Positions 29,162 through 38,752 are shown, numbered from the stretch's first letter. The stretch is 64,000 bases of DNA from Myxococcota bacterium (GCA_965223705.1 OZ245015.1:2816001-2880000), one strand, 5' to 3'. Numbers and translations are program-made. Notes: generated from the sequence alone by a model not told the origin.

Positions 29162-29191
29162 AGGCCCCCTCGACACAGGGCCGCCCGAGCC

Positions 29192-29207
29192 TTGGCACTT
29201 TACTCGC
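29192..29207 (+). promoter_or_regulatory. Putative sigma54 (-24/-12) promoter of the NHL-repeat gene
   Basis: TTGGCACTTTACTCGC with GG-N10-GC spacing, ~48 nt upstream of ATG 29255. Confidence 0.5.
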
Positions 29208-29254
29208 GCTCCGGTTTGCGGCTACATGACGCCTCCTACGGCAGCGGAGGCAAC

Positions 29255-30376
29255 ATGAACCTCGGAACTCGCTGCGCGGTCGTGGTCGCTTGGCTGTGCG
29301 TCATGACGGGGGCCGTCCACGCTGAAACCAGCGAACCGGCCGGCGACACCCCCGCCGTTCGTGGCGAGGTCTTGCTCCACACCCTCGCCGGCAACGGTGC
29401 ACCCACGTTCGCAGGCGACGGCGGACCGGCGGACCGGGCGAGCCTTCACGGGCCGACCGGAGTGGTCGTCGCCGCGGACAGCGTCTTTATCGCAGACCAC
29501 AAGAACCACCGGGTGCGGCGCGTCGATCGTCGCTCCGGTGTGATCGAAACGGTCGCCGGTAACGGGACGCCGGGGTTCGACTCCGATGGAGGCCCGGCCG
29601 TTTCCGCTGCTTTGTGGAATCCGGCCGATGTGGCGGTCGATCCCGAGGGCAACTTGCTCATCGCCGATCGCAACAACCACCGGGTGCGGCGCGTCAGCGC
29701 AACCAGTGGGGCGATCGAGACCCTCGCCGGAAACGGAGAAGCGGGCTTCGACGGAGATGGCGGCCCGGCGGTCCGAGCGCGGCTTTTCGCACCCCGGGCG
29801 CTCTTGGTCGACGACCGGGGGAACGTCTTCGTGGCGGACCGAGGAAATCACCGGGTCCGGCGGATCGACGCCGAGGGCGGCGTGATCCGAACGGTGGCCG
29901 GCAACGGCCGGCCGGGCTTCGGAGGTGACGGGGGGCCCGCCGACCGTGCGAGCCTCCACTCGCCGAGCGGTCTGGCCTTCGACGCCGCCGGGAATCTCCT
30001 GATCGCCGACCGCGACAACCATAGGATCCGACGCGTCGACGCTTCCGATGGGCGCATTTCGACGTTTGCGGGTACGGGGAAGCCCGGACTAGCGGGTGAC
30101 GGCGGATCGGCGATCGCCGCGTCCTTGCAGGCGCCTTCGGCGCTCGCCGTCCAGGGCGATGGAAGCCTCTACATCGCCGATCTCGCAAACCATTGCGTGC
30201 GTCGGGTCGACCTCGACACGAATCAAATCGAAACCGTCACGGGACTCGGAGATCTGGGCTTTGGACGCGATCGACTGTTGTACCCGAGTGGTCTCGATGT
30301 CGATTCCGCGGGCCGCCTATACATCGCCGATAGCGCGAACCAACGCGTGCGCGTCACGGAAACGCCACGCAAATAG
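29255..30376 (+). CDS. Secreted NHL-repeat beta-propeller protein
   Basis: Signal peptide; about six repeats of AGNG..GF.GDGGPA..A.L..P...IAD..NHRVRRVD; GGAGG RBS. Confidence 0.9.
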   Translation: MNLGTRCAVVVAWLCVMTGAVHAETSEPAGDTPAVRGEVLLHTLAGNGAPTFAGDGGPADRASLHGPTGVVVAADSVFIADHKNHRVRRVDRRSGVIETVAGNGTPGFDSDGGPAVSAALWNPADVAVDPEGNLLIADRNNHRVRRVSATSGAIETLAGNGEAGFDGDGGPAVRARLFAPRALLVDDRGNVFVADRGNHRVRRIDAEGGVIRTVAGNGRPGFGGDGGPADRASLHSPSGLAFDAAGNLLIADRDNHRIRRVDASDGRISTFAGTGKPGLAGDGGSAIAASLQAPSALAVQGDGSLYIADLANHCVRRVDLDTNQIETVTGLGDLGFGRDRLLYPSGLDVDSAGRLYIADSANQRVRVTETPRK

Positions 30377-30405
30377 CAAAACTCTTCCAGCGGACCTTCA
30401 CGTAA

Positions 30406-30438
30406 GAAGCCCCGCTCGAACGCGTCGAGCGGGGCTTC
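30406..30438. terminator. Bidirectional terminator-like hairpin
   Basis: GAAGCCCCGCTCGA-acgcg-TCGAGCGGGGCTTC, a perfect 14-bp stem between convergent genes. Confidence 0.65.
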
Positions 30439-30463
30439 GTGTGTGCGAAATCGGACGGCGCGC

Positions 30464-30982
30464 TCAGCGGCGGAAGCGTCGACCTGCGACCCAGACGCCC
30501 AGTGCAAACAGCGCCGCGGCGGTGGGTTCCGGCATGTGCGGCGGCTCTTCGGGCGGCAGACCTTCGCCACCTTCGTTCTTTTCGCCTTCGTTGTACGGAC
30601 TCGCAGCGTTGCTCGGACCGGAAGCCACCCGCGCGAGCCGGCTACGGCCACGGCTCGAGTCGTCGAGATTGTTGTCGATGGCGCGGCCCAAAGTCAGAGC
30701 AACTCCGGCGCTTTGTCCTTGCGACGTGCGAAGAATGTTTTGGTTTCGCGGGCCGGTTGACCCCGTGGCCGTCGCCATTTCGACGACGCCGTTGCTTCGG
30801 GTCTCCGTGACGATGAACACCTCTTCGTCGTCTTCCTCGACGCCGAGATCCACGGTCGGTGTCGGAGTGGTATCCATGCTGTCGCCCGCCGCCAACACGA
30901 TCCGGATCGGTGTCGCGAACGAAGCACTGGCTCCGAAGCAAAGCGCTACAGCCAGCGCGAGATACAGGGGTAGGCGGGACAT
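30464..30982 (-). CDS. PEP-CTERM sorting domain protein
   Basis: Signal peptide, low-complexity body, C-terminal MPEP-TM-RRFRR. Confidence 0.85.
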   Translation of the reverse strand: MSRLPLYLALAVALCFGASASFATPIRIVLAAGDSMDTTPTPTVDLGVEEDDEEVFIVTETRSNGVVEMATATGSTGPRNQNILRTSQGQSAGVALTLGRAIDNNLDDSSRGRSRLARVASGPSNAASPYNEGEKNEGGEGLPPEEPPHMPEPTAAALFALGVWVAGRRFRR

Positions 30983-31102
30983 CACAAAATCTCCATCACA
31001 GCAACCATGTTGAAAGCACAACAAGTTTAGGTGAAGTCGATCCGCAAATAAAACCGGTTTTCAGGAATACTTGAAAAATCACTCCCCGCGGGGCGCTAGA
31101 AT

Positions 31103-32461
31103 TCAGCGCCCTTCGGTCAGCGTGTCGACCGCATAAATGCGGCGGATCTTTGACGCCTTGGGCTTGGGGTAGATCGATTCGAGCACGTTCGTCACGGTGG
31201 TGTTGCCCGTGAGGTAGTTGATGACCGCGTATCCCTTGTACATGAGCACATGGGCGCCCCGGTTCTCCTCCGGATGATCCAACGTGTCCTCGCTCCAGCT
31301 GTAGACCGGGACACTTCCGCGCATCAGCCGCCCCTCGGGGTCGAAATACATGCCGGCCAGGAACTGGTGGTTCTGGGTGTCGATAAAGAGGAGCCGGCTC
31401 CCGTAGGGGTGACCCTCCAGAGTCGGCTTCCCTTCGAAGACGTGGGTTTCTCGGATCTCCCAGCGATCGATCGGCACACGCGACTGGGGCCCGGTGTGAT
31501 GGGCGAATTGGCGCTTCGAGTTCGCGATGGCGAGGATGCGACGCCGTCCGTGGTACTCCCAGGTGTTGTCGAGAACGTGTCCGTCGAACCCGTAGAAGTC
31601 GTCGAACGTGATCTCGGACCCGAGCCAGGTGTCGGCCTTCTCCTTGGATGAGAGCCGCCGCACTTTGCGTTCATTCGGGAGGTACGCGTTCACGGTGTCG
31701 TCTTCGTTCGGGTCGACCCAGCGCTCCACCAGGAGTTTTTGATCGCGGAACTCGAAGGGGGCGTAGTACTCCGTCAACTCCTTGAAGGTCGCGCCTTTCG
31801 CCGCGCGAAACGGAAAGCGGAAGTCGGTCTCGTGGAGCTGCGGCAAGTGCGAGAGGTAGGTTCGGCGCCAGCCCACCGAAACCGATCGCTCGAGCCCGCC
31901 ACCGCCGGACATCATGCCTTCGGGCAACGAAGAAAAATCGGTCTGCTGCGCGCCGTCGGTTTCCGTCAAGAACACGGTCTCGGCGCGCAACACGTGTTGG
32001 CCGAAGTGCTGCCAGCGGTAGTAGTAGTTCCACGCGGTCATCAAGCCCGCCTTGTCGGCCGGCGCGTTCGACAGCTCTTCTTCCGAAAACGGTTGGCCCG
32101 CCACGTAGCCTTCGAGCGAACCGTCTTCCGCCAGCTTGCACTGCGCCGCGTACTGCAGCGTGGCGTCGCGATAGACCGGATGCGGTGGGTAGTCTCCCGT
32201 CGCCGCAATCTCCATCCGGAACTCGGGGAAGTCGAGCTCGGGCGTGTAGCCGAGCGGCAGGAACGGTTCGACCCGCTCGAGATCGGCGGCGGTCAGCTTG
32301 TCGCCCGGCTTGAAGGTCGGAACGGCGTCGCGATGCTCCGTCAGCCACGACAGCACCTGATCCCGCGTGACGTCGCGGACCCCGGCGGCCGGGTGAGCGA
32401 GGACGCAGGCCAGACCGACCAGCACGGCGAGTTTCCAGGGCCGATTAAGCATTCTCATCAT
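31103..32461 (-). CDS. DUF1329 domain exported protein
   Basis: Signal peptide; GY.AGQPF, AWN..YR, YLP..RKVRRL, D...GF.G, WE.R, HPYG.R. Confidence 0.8.
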   Translation of the reverse strand: MMRMLNRPWKLAVLVGLACVLAHPAAGVRDVTRDQVLSWLTEHRDAVPTFKPGDKLTAADLERVEPFLPLGYTPELDFPEFRMEIAATGDYPPHPVYRDATLQYAAQCKLAEDGSLEGYVAGQPFSEEELSNAPADKAGLMTAWNYYYRWQHFGQHVLRAETVFLTETDGAQQTDFSSLPEGMMSGGGGLERSVSVGWRRTYLSHLPQLHETDFRFPFRAAKGATFKELTEYYAPFEFRDQKLLVERWVDPNEDDTVNAYLPNERKVRRLSSKEKADTWLGSEITFDDFYGFDGHVLDNTWEYHGRRRILAIANSKRQFAHHTGPQSRVPIDRWEIRETHVFEGKPTLEGHPYGSRLLFIDTQNHQFLAGMYFDPEGRLMRGSVPVYSWSEDTLDHPEENRGAHVLMYKGYAVINYLTGNTTVTNVLESIYPKPKASKIRRIYAVDTLTEGR

Positions 32462-33684
32462 GATCCCTCCGCGCGCACGGCTTCGGCGCGATCTCGTTGA
32501 CTTGCGGGTACGAGCAGTAGGTTGCCCAGGAGTGCGATGTCTTCGTCCGAACTCTCCGAGAATCGGTTCTTCAAGGTCAGCAACACCTTACCGGCTCGAG
32601 TCTCACCCCAGAACCAGTCGAGGAGCTCCTCTGCGCTGGCGCGTCGCGTCGCCGGTTGTTCGGCCGCGGCTTCGAAATAGAGCGCCTTGACGTCCTCGGC
32701 GATGGCGCGTGTGATCTCGGCGAACGAACGGTCGTTCGGCGACTCCGACGCGCCGCCGAGACAAGCGGCGAGAAATTTCGCGCAGTCTTCGGGCGCGAGC
32801 CCGCTCGCGCCGACCGTGGTCCCCTGCTTCGCTGCGACGCGCTCGTACCAGGGCAACATCTCCGCCATCTCGGCGAGGAACGCGTCCGCCAGTGGGGTTC
32901 CGGTGGATGTCGGCTGGAGCGCGATAGGGCACGCCCAAGGCTCCCCATCGCCCGCGGCGACTTCGGGCGCTTCTTCCGCGAAATCTTCCAAGACTGGACC
33001 CTCTGGCTGGGACAGCAAGCCGAACGCCGCGAGGAGTACACGGCGTTGAAACGCCGCGTCGCCGGGCGCGCCCAGAGGGCGCCCCAGCGGGAAGGGTACC
33101 CACAGCGCCCTTGGCGGACCTATCGCCGCGGTGTGTTCGCGGACCAAGCTGATCGACACCGTCGCGACCCCCTCATCTTCCAAGTAATGACCCAGCCCGC
33201 TCACGGCGCGCGTGCAGAACGGTCAGACCGGGACGAGCAAGACCACCCGAACATCATCGGCGAGAAGTTGCTTCGCGAGCGATCGGGCGGCTCCCTCACA
33301 CGCGTCCGGCGCAGTCGCTCCCATAAACGAGTAGTGGTAATCGGCGACGCTCCCGATTTCGCCCTCTTCCGCGAGTTCGCGCAATCGGTCGAGGGGAAAC
33401 ACGACGTTGCGATCTTGCTGAAACCCGGTTCGGTCGAAATTGCTCGAGATGTGGGTCATGACGAGATCACCGGCGGCGACATCTCCCGGGATCACGCGGT
33501 AATCCGTCGCGCCCAAGTGAAACGGTCGCTCCCCCCGGAGCCCGAGACCGGCCGTAGAAACGATGGCAACCCGGCAATCCCCGAGCGCCGGCGGCGCGAC
33601 GAACGGAGCTCCCGCGAGGGGCTCGCAGGGCAGTCCGCGAAGCGCTTCCTGCATCGGGGGTTCGAGATCGGCGAGTCTTACCAT
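32458..33684 (-). CDS. GrdB/PrdB-like reductase selenoprotein B family protein, 408 aa, with Sec at codon 154 (UGA at 33223-33225)
   Basis: ORFs 33223..33684 and 32458..33204 are in frame. Read-through gives LLVPV-U-PFC-TRAVSGLGHYLEDEG. Selenoprotein-B motifs lie on both sides (VAIVSTAG, D.NVVFPLDRL.EL..EG.IG, HYSFMG; PPRALWVPFPLGRPLG). Confidence 0.85.
33188..33225 (-). promoter_or_regulatory. Candidate bacterial SECIS hairpin
   Basis: mRNA UGACC-GUUC-UG-CACG-cgcgc-CGUG-AGC-GGGC-UG-GGUCA can form a stem-loop starting at the UGA. Confidence 0.55.
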
Positions 33685-33705
33685 CGAAGCTTCTCCATGG
33701 GATCG

Positions 33706-34383
33706 TTACTCGGCGAGTAGCTCCGCCAGGGTCGCGGGCCGGTGATCGGCTGGGAGCTGCGTGACGAAGCGATCGTAGTCGGCGGGCCGTGCGCGACGGC
33801 CGTGCGCGAACTGTCGCGCCACATTGGCGATGTGGTTACCGTGGAGTTCGGCGGTCTCGATGTCGCTCTTGGGCGGCGCCTCCGCCGCGGGCTCGTCGAT
33901 GTTCGCTTGGGCCATGACGCCCAGATAACCGGCCATGCGGTTGAGATCGTTCTCGCTTCCCGCGCTCGAGTAGTTTCCACCTGTGATGCGGAGCGGGACC
34001 CACAGCATGCCGAGCTGCGCCGCGAACGTGACCAACTGCTGGAGGCACGCCAACTTGTCGCCGCTGCGCCCCGCCGAGACCGTGAAGCCCCCGGCGATCT
34101 TGTTGACCCACATCCGCTCGAGCCAGACTTCGCCCGCGAGCTTCTCGATGAATTCCTTGAACCGGGCCGCCACGCTCCCGATATAGGTCGGCGTTCCGAA
34201 CACAATGGCGTCGGAACGGTGGAGCTCGGCCCAGTGCTCCTCGACGGAGTCGACGGGAATCAGATGGGTTCGCGTTCCTGGAACGGAATCTGCGCCGCGA
34301 GCCACGGCGCGAGCGAGCTGCTCCGTAGCGCCGCGAAATTGACTGAAGTAGACGACACAGATCTCGACAGGTGACTCATCCAT
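33706..34383 (-). CDS. Flavodoxin-like NAD(P)H-dependent oxidoreductase (WrbA family)
   Basis: VYFS..G.T..LA, DAIVFGTPTY.GS, KIAGGFT.S...SGDK, LNR...YLGVMAQ. Confidence 0.88.
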   Translation of the reverse strand: MDESPVEICVVYFSQFRGATEQLARAVARGADSVPGTRTHLIPVDSVEEHWAELHRSDAIVFGTPTYIGSVAARFKEFIEKLAGEVWLERMWVNKIAGGFTVSAGRSGDKLACLQQLVTFAAQLGMLWVPLRITGGNYSSAGSENDLNRMAGYLGVMAQANIDEPAAEAPPKSDIETAELHGNHIANVARQFAHGRRARPADYDRFVTQLPADHRPATLAELLAE

Positions 34384-34427
34384 GGGTCGCGTTACGTTAG
34401 CGTGACTTGCACCGGGAGGATTCTCCG

Positions 34428-34907
34428 TTGGACTACCACCACGTTTGTCTCGTCGTTCGCGACGCGGATCGTACGCTGCGGCTGTTTCGCGACGTGATGG
34501 GCTTTCGCGTGCTCATCGATCGCGAAATCCCCGACGGCGGTGATTATTTCGATCAGCGCACCCTCGACGACATCTTCAAGACAGCGGGCGCCTCCTCCCG
34601 TTTGGTGCTGCTGGCCTCGCCCACCGGCGCTTATCTCGAACTCGAGGAGCCCCGAGTGCCGAGCGTCCAAACGACGCCTTCGGAGGGAAGGCGCTACGGA
34701 TGGACCGGCATCCAGGAGCTCGCATTCCAGGTGGACGACCTCGACCACTGGTGGAACGCGATCCGCGATGCTGGCTACGAGACCCAGACGGACTACATCT
34801 GGGAGGTCGCTCGCGGCTCCCGGTCGTTTCTCTTCTACGACCCCGACGGCAACATGATCCAGCTCGTCGAGGAGCCCGCGGGCCGGGGGCGTCCCGTCGC
34901 CCGCTAG
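34428..34907 (+). CDS. VOC (glyoxalase) family protein
   Basis: HHVCLVVRD, LELEE, ELAFQVDD, YDPDGNMIQL; GGAGGA RBS before TTG 34428. Confidence 0.85.
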   Translation: MDYHHVCLVVRDADRTLRLFRDVMGFRVLIDREIPDGGDYFDQRTLDDIFKTAGASSRLVLLASPTGAYLELEEPRVPSVQTTPSEGRRYGWTGIQELAFQVDDLDHWWNAIRDAGYETQTDYIWEVARGSRSFLFYDPDGNMIQLVEEPAGRGRPVAR

Positions 34908-36178
34908 CCGGTTGGGCCTTCCAGAAGAATCACAGAGCAAGCGGCCTCTTCGAGGCCGATCACACCGCCACCGTTCTCTTGGAGAGCGATGCGCGCGCCC
35001 TCGACTTGGCGCGGACCCGCCTCGCCGCGGAGCTGCGTCGCGAGCTCGTAGATCATCGACAGGCCGGTGGCGCCCACCGGATGGCCCTTCGAGACGAGGC
35101 CGCCCGAGGTATTGATCGGCAGGCGACCGTCCGGACCTGTGGCGCCCGACTCGACGAAACGGCCGCCCTCGCCGAATTCGCAGAAACCCATCATCTCGGA
35201 CTGGTAGACCTCGCAGAACGAACACGCGTCGTGAATTTCAGCGACGTCGACGTCGGCCGGCGTGAGGCCCGAAAATGCGTACGCGCGCTTGGCCGCGTCG
35301 TGCGAGAGGGAAGGCTCGTCCGGCTTGCGGTAATAGCCGCCGGTGAGTGCGCTGGCGCGCACTTTCACGGCGCGGCGACGCACGTCGTCCGAAACGCGGT
35401 CGAGGTAGGAAGGCGAGCACAGCAGGGCCGATGCCGCGCCGTCGCCGATCGGCGCGCACATGGCGCGAGTCAGTGGGAACGATACTTCGCGGTCCTCGAG
35501 CACCTGCTCCACGGTCTGCGTGAACCGGTACTGCGCGAGCGGATTGAGCGCGCCGTAGTTGTGATTCTTCGCCGCGCCGACGGCGATTTGGCGCTGGGTC
35601 GTGCCGTAGCGCTTCATGTGCAGCGCCGCCTGAATCGCATAGGTATCCATGAAGAAACTGCGGTCGGTGCCGGTCTCGAAGGGCACCTCGGCGAGCTCCG
35701 CCGCGCGTTCGTATTCGGCGAAGAGTCGCGGCAGATCGAAGTTGTCGACCCCATTCATGAAGCCCTTCATCATGCGCTTCTTCATTTCGGGGCTCTTCGC
35801 GGCTTTCGGCAGGAAGAGCTTTTCGACACCCATCGCGAGAACCAGATCCGACTGCCCGGAGAGCACGTCCTTCCACGCGCTGTGAAAGGCCATCGAGCCC
35901 GTGGCGCAGGCACCTTCGACGTTGATGATCGGCACGCGCTTGGGGAAGCTGCCGTCGTCGACCAACGGGATCGTGCACACCTGGCCGCGGATCGTTCCCT
36001 GCTTCGCCCCGTGCATGGCGCAGTTTCCGAAGTACGCGAAACCGATGTCGTCGCCGCCCGCGAGCTCCGCGTCCGCGAGGACACCGCGGTACGTCTCGGC
36101 TGCGAGATCCTTGAACGAGGCTTCCGGTTTCTTTCCGAACGTCGTCGAGTGCGTTCCGATGACGTAGACGTCTCCCAT
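34904..36178 (-). CDS. Thiolase family protein (SCP-x type)
   Basis: NVEGACATGS, AEIHDAC, INTSGGLVSKGHPVGATG. Confidence 0.92.
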   Translation of the reverse strand: MGDVYVIGTHSTTFGKKPEASFKDLAAETYRGVLADAELAGGDDIGFAYFGNCAMHGAKQGTIRGQVCTIPLVDDGSFPKRVPIINVEGACATGSMAFHSAWKDVLSGQSDLVLAMGVEKLFLPKAAKSPEMKKRMMKGFMNGVDNFDLPRLFAEYERAAELAEVPFETGTDRSFFMDTYAIQAALHMKRYGTTQRQIAVGAAKNHNYGALNPLAQYRFTQTVEQVLEDREVSFPLTRAMCAPIGDGAASALLCSPSYLDRVSDDVRRRAVKVRASALTGGYYRKPDEPSLSHDAAKRAYAFSGLTPADVDVAEIHDACSFCEVYQSEMMGFCEFGEGGRFVESGATGPDGRLPINTSGGLVSKGHPVGATGLSMIYELATQLRGEAGPRQVEGARIALQENGGGVIGLEEAACSVILLEGPTG

Positions 36179-36339
36179 GCGGTGTCCTTTCCGGTTCGCG
36201 GGCAAAGAAGGTGCAGTATCTGCGCGCGGTTTGCCGCCGCCCTGCCCCTCGCGCGCCAGAGACGTCACCTCGACACCCGGCCCGGCCACTTACGGACGGG
36301 AAAAGAGGAAGGACTCGGGGGGGACCGATCGAGGTGGAT

Positions 36340-36879
36340 ATGTCGCGCTTTGCTTGCTTGCCTGCCTTGCTTTCGACGATCGCGCTCTTCGGTTGCGCAA
36401 CGAACTTGGGCACCGGAGAGGCCGTCATTTCGGAGCTTCATCACACTTATCCGATCACAGTGGGACGTCTGGTCGAGGCGCATCTCGACAAGAGCGATCG
36501 CCTGCGAGTCTATCTACAGGCCTGCGAAGAGCGTGGACCTGGGCAAATGCTGTGTCACGACGACACGTTCCGAATGCTCGCGGTCGTGAGCGCGGAGCGA
36601 AAGTCGCTTCTCGAGCGCATCGACACGCGGTATCTCGAAGCGGGCAAGGACATGCCGATTTACGTCTATGGCCCGCGCTGCGAGGGCAAGGAAGAGATGA
36701 TCGTCATACCGCGTTGCCAAGAAGCGCTCGCCCTCGGCATTTGGGATCCATATCTCAGTGACTACGTTTTCTATTCGACGCGACACGGGTCCGGAAGTTT
36801 CGTCGAGTCGGAAGGCTTCGAATCGTTTCTCAACGTAACGGGTCGCGCCGCCGGAATCGTCAAAAAGGCAGCGCGCTAG
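36340..36879 (+). CDS. Hypothetical lipoprotein
   Basis: Lipobox LFGC; GAGGTG RBS; four additional Cys. Confidence 0.65.
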   Translation: MSRFACLPALLSTIALFGCATNLGTGEAVISELHHTYPITVGRLVEAHLDKSDRLRVYLQACEERGPGQMLCHDDTFRMLAVVSAERKSLLERIDTRYLEAGKDMPIYVYGPRCEGKEEMIVIPRCQEALALGIWDPYLSDYVFYSTRHGSGSFVESEGFESFLNVTGRAAGIVKKAAR

Positions 36880-36936
36880 CGATCCCCGCCTTCCCCGCGT
36901 GGTAGGCTTCGAGCGAAACGCGCTCGGGGGCCTCGC

Positions 36937-37845
36937 ATGCCGCAGAATCAACGCATCCTGATCACCGGAACGAGTTCGGGCTTCGGTCGCGCGGCGACGC
37001 TCGAGCTGCTCGCACGTGGGCATACCGTCATCGCGACCATGCGCGACCTCGCAGGCCGCAACGCGGAAAACGCGAAGCCATTGGTCGACGCCGCCGACGC
37101 CGGGCCGGGCACGTTGACGGTGCTCGATCTCGATGTGAGGGACGACGCTTCCGTTCGCAGCGCTGTCGCTCGTGCGGAAGAGCGCCACGGTGGCATCGAT
37201 GTCGCGTGGAACAACGCCGGTGTCGCACCCATGGGGATCTCCGAGGGTTTCACCGACGAACAGCTGCTTCGGGCTCTCGACACGAATGTCGTGGGCGTGC
37301 AACGCGTGAATCGCGCCGTGCTGCCCGGGATGCGTGCGCGGGGACGGGGCTTGCTGATTCACTCGGGCAGTACGATGGGCCGCATCGTGTGGCCCTTCGC
37401 GGGACTCTACACGGCGACGAAGTTCGCCCTGGAAGGTCTCGTCGAGAGCTTGGCCTACGACCTCGCCGGATCGGGTGTCGAGGTCTCGATCCTTCAACCC
37501 GGCGCTTTCGCGACGGAGCTGCTCGGAAAAATGGAAGGGCCCGGCGAAGCGGAGCGCCTCGACAGCTACGGTGAACTCGCCGCACGACCCGACGCGTACT
37601 GGGGCCCCTTCATGGAGGCGCTCGCAAAGGAGGCACCGCCGGTCTCGCTCGTCGCGAACGCGGTGGTCGAGCTGGTAGAGATGCCCGCCGGCGACCGCCC
37701 CCTGCGACGCGTCGTCGACGTCATGGGCGTCGCGGACGTCGTGGAAGAGCTGAACCACGCCGCGGCCGACGTCCAGCGGCGCCTGTTCCTCCAATCCGAT
37801 GCACTGGATCTCCTCGAACCGGCCCTCCCGCCTAGTAGGGATTGA
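36937..37845 (+). CDS. Short-chain dehydrogenase/reductase
   Basis: ITGTSSGFG, NNAG, YTATK. Confidence 0.9.
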   Translation: MPQNQRILITGTSSGFGRAATLELLARGHTVIATMRDLAGRNAENAKPLVDAADAGPGTLTVLDLDVRDDASVRSAVARAEERHGGIDVAWNNAGVAPMGISEGFTDEQLLRALDTNVVGVQRVNRAVLPGMRARGRGLLIHSGSTMGRIVWPFAGLYTATKFALEGLVESLAYDLAGSGVEVSILQPGAFATELLGKMEGPGEAERLDSYGELAARPDAYWGPFMEALAKEAPPVSLVANAVVELVEMPAGDRPLRRVVDVMGVADVVEELNHAAADVQRRLFLQSDALDLLEPALPPSRD

Positions 37846-38752
37846 AGTTCAGGCGGAGCCCCGGGCGGTGCCACGTCGTGCGCCTCAGCGTGCCGGATCG
37901 CGAACACGTGATATGCGCCGTACGCATGTCGGATCCGCCGAAGCAGATATTCGTCGTCAGCGGGTCGCCGGTCGGGATGTGCAGCGTTGTCCCGTCGTTG
38001 GGGTCGACATCGGTGATGCCCCCATTTCGAATCGTGGCGACCGCGATGTGGCCTTCGGAATCGACGGCGAGGCTGTCGAGTAACTGCTCGCCGGGAAGTC
38101 CCGCGAGGACGTCGCCACGGGTCCGCTTCCCGTAGGGCCCCCGGATCACGCCCGGAGCCTCGAGCTCCCAGCGTCGGACCCGCCCCACGTGGGTTTCCGC
38201 GACGTACACCGTCTTCTCATCCGGTGACAGCCCGACTCCGTTCGGGCCTTCGAGTGGGAACACGACTTCCTGAATCCACGATCCGTCGGGTTTCGCGTAG
38301 TACAGACCGCCGCGATCGACGGTTCGCTCGTAGGTTTTTCCGTGGTCGGTAAACCACATGCCGCCTTGGCGATCAAACACGAGGTCGTTCGGTCCCTTGA
38401 GCGGGTGTCCCCCGACTTCGGTGTACAACGTCTCGACGGTGCCACTCTCGATATCGACGGCTTGGATCGAGCCGCCGACGTAGCTCTCGAGGGTTTCGAG
38501 AATGCGGGTCTGGCCGTCCCGTACCTCGGTATCGAAGCCACCGTTGTTGCAGACGTAAACGCGGCCGTCGGGACCGAACGCCGCCCCGTTCGGCCCCCCG
38601 CCGCAGTCGGCGACGACTTCGATTTCGCCGTCGGGCAAGACCCGCGACAGAGTTCCGCGCGCAATTTCGACGAGAATGACCGATCCGTCGGGCATGGCGA
38701 TCGGTCCTTCAGGAAATTGAAGCCCCGACGCTACGACGTCCATCTCCTTCAT
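37832..38752 (-). CDS. SMP-30/gluconolactonase family protein
   Basis: FPEGP, GGPNG, PNDLVFD, PNGVGLSPD, DSLAVD, TNICFGG. Confidence 0.92.
   Translation of the reverse strand: MKEMDVVASGLQFPEGPIAMPDGSVILVEIARGTLSRVLPDGEIEVVADCGGGPNGAAFGPDGRVYVCNNGGFDTEVRDGQTRILETLESYVGGSIQAVDIESGTVETLYTEVGGHPLKGPNDLVFDRQGGMWFTDHGKTYERTVDRGGLYYAKPDGSWIQEVVFPLEGPNGVGLSPDEKTVYVAETHVGRVRRWELEAPGVIRGPYGKRTRGDVLAGLPGEQLLDSLAVDSEGHIAVATIRNGGITDVDPNDGTTLHIPTGDPLTTNICFGGSDMRTAHITCSRSGTLRRTTWHRPGLRLNFNPY

Noticed and set aside
29255..30376. Periodic ~168-bp DNA repeats as a CRISPR or other repeat array
   Set aside because: They are degenerate, codon-phased NHL protein repeats.
32458..33684. Two separate genes or a nonsense pseudogene
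   Set aside because: The stop is TGA exactly at the UxxC position, the frame is preserved and both halves are intact, so Sec recoding fits better.
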